From an uncultured Phycisphaerales bacterium (lineage in GTDB: Bacteria; Planctomycetota; Phycisphaerae; Tepidisphaerales; Tepidisphaeraceae), in NCBI GenBank assembly GCA_963755915.1, contig CAVWLP010000002.1, forward strand, positions 352,001 through 416,000: a stretch of DNA of 64,000 bases, written 5' to 3'. Both the position numbers and the translations under genes were made by a program. Below, piece by piece: positions 1 to 9,504 of the stretch. Each line of letters starts with the position of its first letter. Within the stretch, counting starts at the first letter, position 1. The notes under the pieces are model-generated. The model saw nothing but the letters and a program-made list of their open reading frames with translations, searched no databases and had not been told where the DNA came from.

Positions 1-6
1 TCGGCG

Positions 7-618
7 ATGAGCCCGGACGAGGCGATTCAACGGCTGGAGGCGGGGAACGAGAGATTTGTCGCGGGGCAGATGCTTAAGCGCGATTACACGGCGCAAGTAA
101 AATCTTCATCAACCGGGCAATATCCATTTGCGGCGGTGCTGGCCTGCCTCGATTCGCGCACGGCGCCGGAGATTGTTTTCGACCAGGGGATCGGCGATTT
201 GTTCGTGGCACGGGTTGCAGGAAACTATGCGAACGCCGATATCCTGGGCTCGTTTGAATTCGCCACGAAAGTGTCGGGGGCCAAGCTGATCGTGGTGCTG
301 GGCCACACCAATTGCGGGGCCATTAAAGGGGCTTGTGATAATGTCGAGATGGGAAACCTCACGACGGTGATGCAGGCGATCCGCCCGGCGGTTGATTCGG
401 TCACTGACGTTCCCGGCGACCGCAATTCGAAGAATGCGCAGTTCGTATATGCCGTGACGATCGCCAACATTCGCCATACCGTTGCTCACATTCGCTCGGA
501 TAGTCCGATCCTTCGCGAGATGGAAGAGGCGGGGCAGATCAAGATCGTCGGGGCGATGTATGACATCGATACGGGGAAAGTGACGTTTTACGACTGGACG
601 CCGCCGGCGGAGCAATGA
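7..618 (+). CDS. Beta-class carbonic anhydrase (5' end probably upstream of the window)
   Basis: LEAGNERF, CLDSR and HTNCG zinc-ligand motifs; RVAGN; GAMYDIDTGKV. Confidence 0.93.
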   Translation: MSPDEAIQRLEAGNERFVAGQMLKRDYTAQVKSSSTGQYPFAAVLACLDSRTAPEIVFDQGIGDLFVARVAGNYANADILGSFEFATKVSGAKLIVVLGHTNCGAIKGACDNVEMGNLTTVMQAIRPAVDSVTDVPGDRNSKNAQFVYAVTIANIRHTVAHIRSDSPILREMEEAGQIKIVGAMYDIDTGKVTFYDWTPPAEQ

Positions 619-627
619 TTCGGCGGA

Positions 628-2451
628 TCACAAGCCGCTTCCCGGGGGGGGAGTCTGCGAAGCCTGCGGGCGGCTGGAGGCTGCTTTCATTCCCACAGCC
701 ATCGATTGGAAAACCATGTCCCAGTAGGGATGAAGATCCATGGTGGCGACAATGTCGCTTCCCTTGAGGGTCAGTTTTTCCGATTGGAGGAATCGGGCCA
801 CGGCGCGGCCCATGGGGGTTGCGGTTTTGGATTCCTCGGCCACCGTACGCGCGAGCCGCGCGTTGCCTTTTACGATCCCCGCCTGCGCCAACGCCGCGTC
901 CGAATAATGCGAAACACCGACGAGGCACGGCGAAGTCGCCGGTGGCAGGACCATGCTGAGCGACGTCGACTCGACCCCGTCCCACTCATTCTCATCCTTA
1001 AACATTGGAAAATTCCCGCCAGCCATCTTCATGAACATGGAGATGATTTTCGGCATGTTTGTGGGAATGACGGCGGAGCGAATGGGACTGTCGCCGCCGG
1101 AGGCGAGGCCCGCCGCCAGCATATCCCGCGAGCCCGAACCGAGGGCCGGATCCCAGACCGGTGGATTGACGACGACGGCGTTGCCGATCACCGCAGGCGG
1201 CGTGCCACCAGGCGAGGTGAGATATTGGGACAGCTTCGTTGCCGCGTCATTGGAATCCGCCGGGAAAACCAGGGTGATGGCGTGGACATTGAACGGCATC
1301 GCCGATCCGGCGGGGGCGAAAAGCTGGTCCGAGCGGATCACCACATAGACGCTGGTTCCTCCTGCCTGCTGGAAGCCGGCGAACCACCGCTTGCCGTAAT
1401 TCTGCCCCATCAGGAGCATCTGGTTGATGCGCGGCCACGGCCGGGTCAGTCTGCGACTGGCTGAGCTCCGTGCGCATGTCGGTGGCCAGGGCGTCCAGGT
1501 CTAGCTTCGTGACATCGACCGCCAGGATGACGTCGGTGTGCGGGGTCACGTAGGGGGCAACCCGCGGATCGAGGCCGGGCGTAGTATTGTCCGGAGCCGG
1601 CGGAGGAGGCGGAGTCGGGGCAATCACCGCGGCCGGGGGCGTTGGTTGCTGCGCGCCGGTATCCGGCTGCACATTTGATTGCATCGCAAACCTCATCGCC
1701 GCGCCGATTGGGATCACCGCGAGCACAATCAGGACCGCGGCGATTTTCGCTTTTGCCAGGGCCATCATGGTCGAGGTTCCGCCTGCGATCGAAGAGGCCG
1801 CGCCCGAAGCGTTCCCCGGCCCGCAGCCGCCGGCAACGTGCGCGGCGCGGGACGGGTGATATGCGCCGCCAGCACGGCGCTCAGATCGGCCGTGGAAAGC
1901 ACCGACTTGCGGCGCAGGATTCTCCGCAGCTTTTCCATCGTGCGCACGATCCGTACCTTTGCCGCCCCTTCCGAGACGCCCAGCGCGGCCGCCACTTCGG
2001 GCATCTCCTTCTGCTGATAAAAGTGCAGCAGCACGGCGTCCCGGTCCTTCGAATTGAGCCGGCCGATTGAATCATCCAGCACCGGCGAGATTTCCTGCCA
2101 GGTCTGATCGGTTTGGGGCTGGTAGGTTTCGCTCTTTTGCATGGCAGCCCGCCTTTCGTGCTTTTCCCGCCGAGTGCGACTCCGAATGGCATTTGAGGAT
2201 GCGTAGCGCGTGACCTTGAAGAGCCAGCGATGCAGCGGCGCGCGGCCGATGTGTCCGGCCTTATCCGCCAGTATGAGGAAGACCGCCTGAACTACGTCTT
2301 CGGCCAGGTGCGGATCGTGCACCATGCGCACGGCCGCCCAGTAAACCCAGTCGCAGTGGCGCGAAACCAGCGTTGAAAAGGCATCCTGCGAGCGATAGGT
2401 GGCAAATGCCTGGAGGAGTGAAGCGTCGGATTGTTCTGTGATGACGTCCAT
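628..2451 (-). CDS. ECF sigma-70 factor with transmembrane helix and large C-terminal extension; two apparent frameshifts (~1820, ~1440)
   Basis: Region 2 (AEDVVQAVFLIL..WLFKVTRY) and region 4 (EVAAALGVSEGAAKVRI) in ORF 1765..2541; continues in 1247..1768 (TM helix, Pro-rich linker) and 628..1419. Confidence 0.8.
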
Positions 2452-2503
2452 ATACCCAAGTATGTCCGTCCGTCCTGATCTGATACAAAAAAACCGGTCG
2501 CAC

Positions 2504-3079
2504 TTATCCGTGACCCGCCCCTGCGGCCCAGCGATCCACAATATCGCACAAAATATGCACCGTCAGCACGTGCATTTCCTGGACCAGCGAGGTGACATTC
2601 CCCGGAATGACGATGGCATGATCCGCCAGCGAAACCGCTTTTCCCCCATCCCGCCCAAGCAGGGCAACCGTCGTGGCCGATTTTTCCTTCCCAGCTTTCA
2701 ATCCCCGCAGGACGTTTTCCGAATTTCCGGAGGTGCTGATCCCGAAGACAACATCCCCCTTTCCCGCCAATGCCTGTACCTGCCGGGCAAAGACATCTGC
2801 GTAGCCAAAATCGTTTGCGATGCAGCTCATCGCCGGCCCATCGGCGCACAGGGCTGTTGCGGGAAGCGAGCGCCGGGTCCGCAGGAATTTTCCGATCATC
2901 TCCTCGGCGAGGTGCATCGCATCGGCCGCGCTTCCGCCGTTGCCGAAGGTCAGCAGTTTTCCCCCATTTTGAAAGGTCTGGCAGAGTAGATTTCCCACCT
3001 GGACGATTTTCGGCAGAATCTCCCCCGCCACGCGCTGGGTCAGGGCGGTGTGCTGCTCGATATAGGATTTGTAGTCCAT
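2504..3079 (-). CDS. gmhA: D-sedoheptulose 7-phosphate isomerase (SIS domain)
   Basis: FGNGGSAADAMH, IANDFGY, GISTSGNSENV, VQEMH motifs. Confidence 0.92.
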   Translation of the reverse strand: MDYKSYIEQHTALTQRVAGEILPKIVQVGNLLCQTFQNGGKLLTFGNGGSAADAMHLAEEMIGKFLRTRRSLPATALCADGPAMSCIANDFGYADVFARQVQALAGKGDVVFGISTSGNSENVLRGLKAGKEKSATTVALLGRDGGKAVSLADHAIVIPGNVTSLVQEMHVLTVHILCDIVDRWAAGAGHG

Positions 3080-3268
3080 GGCTCAATCTTCCAGCTTTGC
3101 CTTCCAACTCGCAACATCCAGCCAGTCCCCGCCAAGTCAATGCCAATTTCGGCGAGGAGAGGGCAGGGGTTGATTCCTCGATTCCGATGGATGACGATTG
3201 GTTTCATGCACCTTCGGCGCGATGTCCACGTCGGGAAACATCCACAGCCGATTGCTCCAGCGTGGGGC

Positions 3269-3648
3269 TTTAAATACAAATACAAAATGCAATGCAGGGG
3301 AGGCGGGAGACAACCCATCAGGCCCCAAGGTTTTTCTCCCGCCTCCCCCGCACCCCCTCCACCCACTTTCCCTTCCCCTAACCGTCCAACGCGAAAGGCA
3401 AAATGCGGAAGCGTTAGGCGAAGAATTAGCCCGCCTGGTCCCCGTGGGCATCGTGGCACGCGATTGCCAAATGGCCATCCTAAGCGTGTCTTTTGGGGAG
3501 GCGTTGAGGGGAAAAGGAAGGGGAGTGGGGAGGGTGCGGGAGGGGCGAGGGGGAAACTTTTGTCTTCGACCCTGAGCTCAGACCGAAGGGGGCCTTATAT
3601 TAGTTCCCCCTCGCCCCGCCCGCATTGCATTTGCATTTCGCCTTTAAA
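3269..3648. repeat. ~380-bp inverted-repeat (REPIN/MITE-like) element, copy 1
   Basis: TTTAAA..ATGCAATGC / GCATTGCAT..TTTAAA ends with a GC hairpin in each arm; colinear second copy at 26371-26749. Confidence 0.85.
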
Positions 3649-3795
3649 GGAGCGCCAACCGGCCAACGCATTGGAAAAGTGTCGGGTCGTCATCCCTGAA
3701 GACTGCATCCAAGGTACCCTGTGGAGGTTGAATAACCTGGGATGCCCACAATTTCATAGACGATTCCCTACACCGGTTAAGATAAACACGCACCC

Positions 3796-4793
3796 ATGAT
3801 CTCCATCGTCATCCCGATCTTTAACGAGCAGGAAAACTTGCCCGAGCTTTGCCGCCGGGTCGCGGCGGCCCTGGAAGGGGAGGAGTGGGAAGCGATCCTG
3901 GTGGACGACGGCAGCCGCGACGCCTCGCCGAAGATCCTGGCCGACCTTCACGCCCGCGACGGGCGATTCAAGATCGTTACCCTCTCGCGCAACTTCGGTC
4001 ACCAGCCCGCCGTCTCGGCCGGCATCCATCATGCCGCCGGAGACGGCGTCGTCCTCATCGACGGCGATCTTCAGGATCCTCCCGAAGTCATCCCCCGCAT
4101 GATCCAGAAATGGCGCGAGGGGTTTCAGGTCGTGCTCGGACAGCGACGAAGCCGCGCTGAAGCTGGCGTGCGCGGGATCGGGTTTCGGATGTTTTATCCG
4201 CTGCTTCACCTGGTCAGCGATCTGCCCAGCGGGCCGGATGCGGGAATCTTTGGACTGATGGATCGCAGCGTCATCGAGCAATTCAACCGCCTGCCCGAGC
4301 GAAACCGCTTCATCCCCGGCCTGCGATCCTGGCTGGGATTCCGGCAAACGACCGTCGATTACGACCGCGCCAGCGGGCCGCGGGGAAACCGAAGCAGTCC
4401 CTCGCACGGCTCATTCGCTATGCCCTCGACGCCATGGTCAGCTTCAGCAACAAGCCGCTGCGGGCCGCGACCTGGCTCGGGTTTTTTGTCTCCTTCGTCG
4501 CCTTCTGCCTGGCGATTTTCTATTTCGTCACCTTCTTCGCCTGGCATAAACAGATTGGCGGGTTCACCACCGAAATCGTCTGCATCCTCTTCCTGGGCGG
4601 GGTGCAGCTCATCTCGGTCGGAATCCTCGGCGAATACATCGGGAGGATTTACGAAGAGGTAAAACAGCGCCCCCTTTACATTGTCCGCCAGCGCACGGGG
4701 ATCGACGATCGGCAAACCACCGGCGCAAAGAGAAGCCTCGGACATACGTCGTCCGAGGCTCCTGCGCCAGAAAACATTGGTAGTGGGTCGTAG
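3796..4793 (+). CDS. Glycosyltransferase family 2 (polyprenol-phosphate glycosyltransferase, GtrB/ArnC-like); frameshift ~4380
   Basis: ISIVIPIFNEQ, VDDGSRD, LSRNFGHQ, IDGDLQDPPE; the two TM helices and GEYIGRIYEEVKQRPLY lie in ORF 4434..4793. Confidence 0.9.
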
Positions 4794-4799
4794 AGCGAT

Positions 4800-5137
4800 T
4801 TACCGCCAGTGGCCGCCCCAATACGCCGGCCGGCCGTAATACCCGCCATGCCAGTAGTAGTGCGGGCCGTAATAGCCGTAGTGATAGACCGGCGCGGGGG
4901 CGTAATAGCTAACCACAGGCGCGGATGCCACAACCACAACCGGCGCGGCGCCGGAACCACCACAGGGGCGGGCGCAACCACCACCGGCACAGGCGGCGGA
5001 GCGATGACGACCGGCGCCGGGGCAACCACCACGGGGACCGGGGCGAAGAATCCGAATCCCCAAAATGGCCGGGCCGACGCAAAACTCGGGGCGGCCGCAA
5101 GTAATCCCGTCGCAGCTAACATTGCAAGGCGTTTCAT
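4800..5137 (-). CDS. Small secreted Pro/Val-rich, Tyr/Gly/His-rich protein; frameshift ~4945
   Basis: Signal peptide MKRLAMLAATGLLAAAPSFASA after an AAGGAG RBS; (VVVAPAP)n repeats; YYGPHYYWHGGYY tail in the other frame. Confidence 0.7.
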
Positions 5138-5230
5138 GGCTTGTCTCCTTTCAATAATGTCGTACGGGAGATAAACGCGACGGGCGGGGCCCAAAACTGC
5201 AACGGTTATAAGTTATTGAAAGCGTTGTAA

Positions 5231-6652
5231 TTAGCCGGCTGCAAGGATAAGAACCGTTAGAAGCAGGGCATTATTGAAGGCATGGGCCGCCATGGATGCG
5301 ACCAAGCTGTTCCGGTGTATCCGGATCATCGCCAGCACAAATCCAATCGACGCCAGGACCGGTAGTGCGGTCCATCCCTGCGGATGGATCGCCGCGAAGA
5401 CCACGCTGACGACGATCGCCGCCAGAATCCGCGGCCAGCGCACCGTCAGTTGCCGCAGCAGCATCCCCCGGAACATCAGCTCTTCCGTCACCGGCGCAAA
5501 GACGCAGGCGAGGAACAGTAGCAGCAGTCGAATCCATCCCCCTTCGCTAATTTCAAATTCGATGGGGTGGGTCGCGTGGACGCTGGTGAAGCGCGTCAGG
5601 AACATGAAGAGACCAAACCCCACCGCAATCAGCGGCATGCCGGTGATATATCCAGTGATGCCGGCGAAAATTTCGCGGAGAAAGCCCTGGCCGGCGTTCC
5701 ACCCGATGGCCTCGGCGAGGGTCGCGCCCCACACGCCACGGATTCGCAGCCAGATCAGCGCCCCTGCGACCGGAAGCAGCAGGAGGAGAATCAGGCCCGG
5801 ATGCCGGCCCGTGAGATCTCGCCCCAGGATGGAAATCGCCGCCATCAGGCTCAGGTAGATTGCAAACGCCTCCGCGAGCACATCTGACGCCGCCGGATCG
5901 GCCGTGGCGAACCTGACCGGATATTTCCCCTCGGCGCGGCCGGCCAGATAGAGCACCAGCAGCACGACCCCCGCGAACAGAAGCATTCCGCCGAGAACGA
6001 CCACGCAGAGGATGGTGATGAGCGTCAATCGCGCCGCTGAGACCGCGGCCTGCCGGGCGGCGGTGTCGGAGGGATCGATCTGCGAAGCCGCGAGCTGGCC
6101 ATACCAGCCGTAACGCTTCTTGAGGCCTTCAAGCTCGTCCCGATCAAAGCGCCCGAACTGGTATCCCATCTCGAGGGCGCTGGCGTCGTCGCGCAATTGC
6201 GGGCCGGCCGCGGACTCGCTGTATGCAAACCGCAGCGCTGCCGCCTGGGCCTGATCGCGCCCTTCCAATTCATACAGCACCGGAATGATCCGAAACCGGT
6301 CCAGCGGGGAGATCGCTTTGGAGCTGACCTGATCGACCAGCTTGTCCATGTTCGGTGGCGTCACCGAAATGCTCTGCGACATCAGCTTAAAGCCGACCGT
6401 GTACCGGCAGGACATATCGAGCTGCGGATTGGCGGTGAACTGCTGGCTCTGCACCTCTTCGCGAAATCCGTTGGCGGTTGCGATCATCACCGCCGCGGCG
6501 GCAATGCTGACGATCCACGCGAGCCAGACGCCCGCCGTCATCCCCGGCCGGCCCGGCCTATCATCCGGCGGAATCGGCATCGGCGGCGGAGTCGGCAACG
6601 GCGGGATTCCCGGCCATTGGCTCGGCGCCGGAAATGGGGGGAGTGGATTCAA
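5231..6652 (-). CDS. CPBP (Abi/CAAX) family intramembrane metalloprotease
   Basis: APVTEELMFRG, FAAIH, HAFNN motifs; many TM helices. Confidence 0.9.
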   Translation of the reverse strand: MNPLPPFPAPSQWPGIPPLPTPPPMPIPPDDRPGRPGMTAGVWLAWIVSIAAAAVMIATANGFREEVQSQQFTANPQLDMSCRYTVGFKLMSQSISVTPPNMDKLVDQVSSKAISPLDRFRIIPVLYELEGRDQAQAAALRFAYSESAAGPQLRDDASALEMGYQFGRFDRDELEGLKKRYGWYGQLAASQIDPSDTAARQAAVSAARLTLITILCVVVLGGMLLFAGVVLLVLYLAGRAEGKYPVRFATADPAASDVLAEAFAIYLSLMAAISILGRDLTGRHPGLILLLLLPVAGALIWLRIRGVWGATLAEAIGWNAGQGFLREIFAGITGYITGMPLIAVGFGLFMFLTRFTSVHATHPIEFEISEGGWIRLLLLFLACVFAPVTEELMFRGMLLRQLTVRWPRILAAIVVSVVFAAIHPQGWTALPVLASIGFVLAMIRIHRNSLVASMAAHAFNNALLLTVLILAAG

Positions 6653-7773
6653 GCGTTTCTTTCCAGGACGAGGTTGTCGCGATGGACCACCTCATCGTAA
6701 GCCGCCTCCGCCAGAAGCTCCCGCACCTCGCGGGTTTTTTTCCCGCGGATCAGCTCCAGTTGCCCCGACCCGTAATTGCTCAGCCCGCGGGCGATTAGTT
6801 TTCCATCGGACCCGGCAATCCCCACCACATCGCCGCGAACGAAATCCCCCTGGATTTTCACGATTCCGGCGGGAAGAAGGCTCTTGTTGTGCTCGGCCAG
6901 GGCCTTACGCGCCCCGTCATCCACAAAGACCGTCCCGGCCGGGCGCACGGCGCCGATCCATCGGCTGCGCGACGAACGCTTTTTCGCCGCCTCGGTGGCA
7001 AAGAGCGTCCCTAGCTCCTCCCCCGCCAGAAGTCGCGGGAGAATCCGCTCCATCCGTCCATCCGCGACGATCATCGCATCCCCCGCATCATTCAGCGTCC
7101 GGGCCGCCAGGAGCTTCGAATCCATCCCCCCCCTTCCCAGCGGCGATTTTTCTTCGCGGATCAGATCGCGGATATCCTCGGCGCATTTCACCAGCCGGAC
7201 CGATTCGTTGTCTTTCCCCAGCACGCCGTCCACTACGCTCAGGAGCACGAGCAGATCCGCCCGCAGCGCGTGCGAAAGCAGGGCCGCGAGAATGTCGTTG
7301 TCCCCAAAACTGATTTGCACCAGTTCGGCCGTGCTGACCGAGTCGTTTTCGTTAACGATCGGAATGCAGTTCATATCGTGCGCGGCAAGGATGGTGTTGC
7401 GAAGATTCAAGAATCTCGTCCGGTCGTCGATGTCCTCGCGGGTGATGAGGAGCTGCGCCACGGGCAGCTTGTGCGGGGCAAACGCCGCCGCCCAGACGTC
7501 CATCAGCCGCCGCTGCCCCACGGCGGCGACGGCCTGGAGCTTGGCAAGATCGGTCGGGCGAGAAGAGAGCCCCAGTTCGCCCAGGCCGCATCCGATGGCG
7601 CCGGAGCTGACGATGGTCACGCGAATCCCTTTTTCACGCAGCTCCGCCACCTGGTGGGCGATCGTCGCCACAAGTGCCGAATCGAGCCGGCCGTTGCGGT
7701 CGCTCAGCAGTTGCGTGCCCAGCTTGGCGACGACGCTGCGAACCGACTGGAGATATTGCTCGCGCGCGCCCAT
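6649..7773 (-). CDS. proB: Glutamate 5-kinase
   Basis: VAKLGT, VSSGAI, AAVGQ, PIVNENDSV, FGDND, GRGGMDSK; C-terminal PUA domain ending HRDNLV. Confidence 0.96.
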   Translation of the reverse strand: MGAREQYLQSVRSVVAKLGTQLLSDRNGRLDSALVATIAHQVAELREKGIRVTIVSSGAIGCGLGELGLSSRPTDLAKLQAVAAVGQRRLMDVWAAAFAPHKLPVAQLLITREDIDDRTRFLNLRNTILAAHDMNCIPIVNENDSVSTAELVQISFGDNDILAALLSHALRADLLVLLSVVDGVLGKDNESVRLVKCAEDIRDLIREEKSPLGRGGMDSKLLAARTLNDAGDAMIVADGRMERILPRLLAGEELGTLFATEAAKKRSSRSRWIGAVRPAGTVFVDDGARKALAEHNKSLLPAGIVKIQGDFVRGDVVGIAGSDGKLIARGLSNYGSGQLELIRGKKTREVRELLAEAAYDEVVHRDNLVLERNA

Positions 7774-7779
7774 AGCCGC

Positions 7780-8256
7780 TTAGAACCACGCCTTCTTTTC
7801 GGTCAGATACGTCTGGTAAAATTCGGCGTCGCTGCGGGTGAGGTAGATGATTCCCTCCACGATGGCAATGACGTGCATGATGGGGAAGCCGATACCGGTG
7901 AATGAGAGCACCAGCATTATTATGCCGGCCTTGTTGGCTCCAATGATGAATTTGTGAACGCCCAGCCAGCCGACGAGGATGGCGCAGATTCCGGTGGCCA
8001 GCTTTGTGCCGAAGACACCGCTCAGGTCATACGTCCCCGCGGCGCTCGCATATCCGCCGCCATATTGATAGGGACCGGAGTTAATCGGCGGAGGCGGCGC
8101 GAAGAGGTCGGCCAATTCCGGCATGCTGTCGGCCCGCTGCCACTGCGGCATCCCCTCCTTCCAGACCATCGTGTCGCGCCGCAAAGCCTGGGCAGCCAAT
8201 TGTTCCTTGGTGAAGGGACCGCGATGCTGATCGCCCATGGCATAGTAGTAGTTCAT
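7780..8256 (-). CDS. GYF_2 (DUF4339) domain plus TM2 domain membrane protein
   Basis: YYY..HRGPFT..VWKEGMPQWQRA; GWLGVHKF..IVEGIIYLT. Confidence 0.85.
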   Translation of the reverse strand: MNYYYAMGDQHRGPFTKEQLAAQALRRDTMVWKEGMPQWQRADSMPELADLFAPPPPINSGPYQYGGGYASAAGTYDLSGVFGTKLATGICAILVGWLGVHKFIIGANKAGIIMLVLSFTGIGFPIMHVIAIVEGIIYLTRSDAEFYQTYLTEKKAWF

Positions 8257-8603
8257 CTGTCGCTCCCGGCCCGCCCCGAAATCTCCGCCTCGACCGCCCG
8301 CATTGTGGCGAGAATCGCCAAGGCTTTCAAACTCCTGTTAACCGCGCATTCGCCAAAAACCCCGTAAACCTTATAAGCTGTTGTTTTCAAACGACTTAAG
8401 GAATTATCGCTGTTTTGTATGTTAAAATAGTGAAGATATTCAAAGGTGATTACCGATACTCCTATTGTCGCAAGTTATCCATTTTAACATGCGACGCCCT
8501 AATACTGGCTCGGCGGCAGGGATGCCTCTGTTACGTTTTGTTACCTTTTGCTCCCTTTGGCTTTCGGAAACGCCATCGGCAGCACATTGTGAGGCTACTG
8601 CCC

Positions 8604-9377
8604 ATGAGCTTGTCCACCCCGTCAATGACTCTCGCCCAGCGTTACACCAAACCCCTTCTCGATGGCGACCGTGCCCAGTGCCGGCAGGTCATCGAGCATG
8701 CCATGTTCGAAGGCGCCAGCGCTTACGAGCTTATCACGGAGCTGCTCTGGCCGACCATGGAAATGCTCCAGCAGCACTACCGAGAAGACCGCATCACCCA
8801 AAGCACCCTGAACCTCGCCACGCGCCTGAATCGGAGCATCACCGACCAGGTCTCCTCGCGCCTCGAGCATAAACCCTCGAACGACCGAAAGGTCCTGATC
8901 TTCTGCGGCGCCGATGAGCCGGAGGAACTGGGTGGCCAGATCACGTCAGACCTCTTCGAAGCCGAGGGATGGACCACGCGCTTCGCCGGCGGCGGCGTGC
9001 CGGATGATGAGGTCCTCAAGCTCATCGGCGAGTACCGCCCCAATCTCCTGGTGATGTTCGGCACGCTTCCCAGCGGCGTCCCCGCCGTGCGAAAGCTCAT
9101 CGACTATCTCCGCGAAGTGAATAGCTGTCCGGAGATGCAGGTGATGTGCTGCGGCGGAATCTACAAGCGGGCGGAAGGGCTGTCCGAAGAAATCGGCGCC
9201 GACCTCTATGCCCCCGATGGCGCCGCGGCCGTGAAAATCGCCGGCGCCAACCCGACGCGGAAAGCGACCGTGGAACAGCAAACCGTCGGGCGTACGCGTC
9301 GAATCCGCAAAGCGGCGGCACGAAAAGCCGCCAGCGCCCAGCGGCACCTGATTAAGACGAACGACAATGAGGGCTGA
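8604..9377 (+). CDS. Stand-alone cobalamin (B12)-binding-domain-like protein
   Basis: Helical cap (LLDGDRAQC) followed by a Rossmann-type B12 domain (EELGGQI..FEAEGW, IGADLYAPDG); start at ATG 8604. Confidence 0.75.
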   Translation: MSLSTPSMTLAQRYTKPLLDGDRAQCRQVIEHAMFEGASAYELITELLWPTMEMLQQHYREDRITQSTLNLATRLNRSITDQVSSRLEHKPSNDRKVLIFCGADEPEELGGQITSDLFEAEGWTTRFAGGGVPDDEVLKLIGEYRPNLLVMFGTLPSGVPAVRKLIDYLREVNSCPEMQVMCCGGIYKRAEGLSEEIGADLYAPDGAAAVKIAGANPTRKATVEQQTVGRTRRIRKAAARKAASAQRHLIKTNDNEG

Positions 9378-9395
9378 TTCGGCAGCTCTAAACCA

Positions 9396-9501
9396 GAATT
9401 CCGAAACCAGAAACCAGAATCAAATCCGAATGACGAATGACGATTCGGTCATTCGTCATTCGGATTTGATTCGGTATTCTGGTTTCTGGTTTCGGGATTT
9501 C
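9396..9501. repeat. Heptamer-based long hairpin (GAAACCA/GAATGAC units) between convergent genes
   Basis: Near-perfect inverted repeat; related copy at 19001-19122. Confidence 0.85.
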
Positions 9502-9504
9502 CTA

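Noticed and set aside
3040..3799. Overlapping ORFs across the 380-bp element (likewise 26382-26962)
   Set aside because: No protein motifs; they are translations of a GC-rich non-coding repeat
8400..8430. dif/XerD-like TATGTTAAAA
   Set aside because: No plausible XerC arm at the right spacing
8260..8600. Cobalamin riboswitch upstream of the B12-domain gene
   Set aside because: No recognisable B12-box or conserved core seen
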